From: Hydrolagus affinis
Taxonomy: Eukaryota
Reading direction: 5' to 3'
NCBI GenBank assembly: GCA_012026655.1
Contig: JAAILG010000029.1
Coordinates: 124,001-188,000 of the forward strand
Length of the DNA stretch: 64,000 nt
Shown piece by piece: positions 63,595 through 64,000 of the stretch. Both the position numbers and the translations under genes were made by a program. The notes beneath the pieces are model-generated. The model saw only the letters and a list, made by a program, of their open reading frames with translations, had not been told where the DNA came from and searched no databases. Each line of letters begins with the position of its first letter. Positions within the stretch are counted from its first letter, which is position 1.

Positions 63595-63712
63595 GCTTCT
63601 TTTTCTCTCTTTTTTCGATCTCTTTCTCTCTCACTCTTTCTCTCACTCTTTTTTTCTCTCTATGTTGCTCTTTTTTTCCCGCTCTCTTTCTCCCAACTCT
63701 TTTCCATTTCTT
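63595..63712. repeat. CT-rich low-complexity tract
   Basis: Nearly pure pyrimidine run with tctctcactcttt repeats. Confidence 0.75.
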
Positions 63713-64000
63713 GAACACTCTATTTAGGCACTATTTAGTGTTATTTTTATTTTAAAAAATTGCTTAAGAGGAGAACTTGCTATCAAATAAAATGTGCACT
63801 TTTATACCCTGGAAACAAAATCCAGGCTATGAACATGAGATATTAAATGAAATTATGATTTTAAAATCACTTCTATTTATGCAAACTGTCATATTACAAT
63901 CTGCACAGGCACCCTAAAAATAGTTCATTACAGCACACGGCACCTGTGAAGGTATGATTGAAAGTATCAGCGCCTTGGGTCGTCCTCCCGACGTGAAAGG

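Noticed and set aside
19200-64000. Second annexin copy or other protein-coding gene downstream
   Set aside because: No annexin-like or other recognisable exons were seen on either strand. The ORFs are short or transposon-derived, although small or non-coding exons could have been missed.
1-64000. CRISPR arrays, operons or other prokaryotic systems
   Set aside because: The sequence is intron-containing vertebrate DNA and shows no regularly spaced repeat-spacer array.

Overview
AT-rich vertebrate genomic DNA. The repeat content (CR1 and L2 LINE 3' ends, tRNA-derived SINEs with L2 tails, Deu-type SINEs, shark-type Penelope-like ends) suggests a cartilaginous fish, probably a chimaera (inference). 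The window opens in the last two coding exons of ICE2/NARG2 (+; 1-99 and 3018-3152). It then holds a complete annexin A2 gene (+): 12 GT-AG coding exons from 9728 to 18729 giving 337 aa, a candidate non-coding exon 1 near 7.42-7.47 kb and a polyA signal near 19180. This is the conserved (RORA)-ICE2-ANXA2 order. I found no further protein-coding gene in the remaining ~45 kb, only transposon remnants and repeat-free, motif-dense blocks that look like conserved non-coding elements of the ANXA2-FOXB1 desert. Most interesting observations: (1) the ANXA2 is intact but has lost the whole repeat-III type II Ca2+ site and most N-terminal regulatory residues; (2) a near-perfect 66-bp duplication in an ANXA2 intron carries two extended CTCF motifs; (3) a composite direct repeat brackets the whole ANXA2 gene 18.7 kb apart; (4) a Penelope-like inverted end contains a hammerhead-like remnant; (5) the dominant SINE looks chimeric (CORE + Deu + L2). 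All family assignments are by eye from remembered consensus sequences; no database search was run. I found no convincing wholly new biological system.
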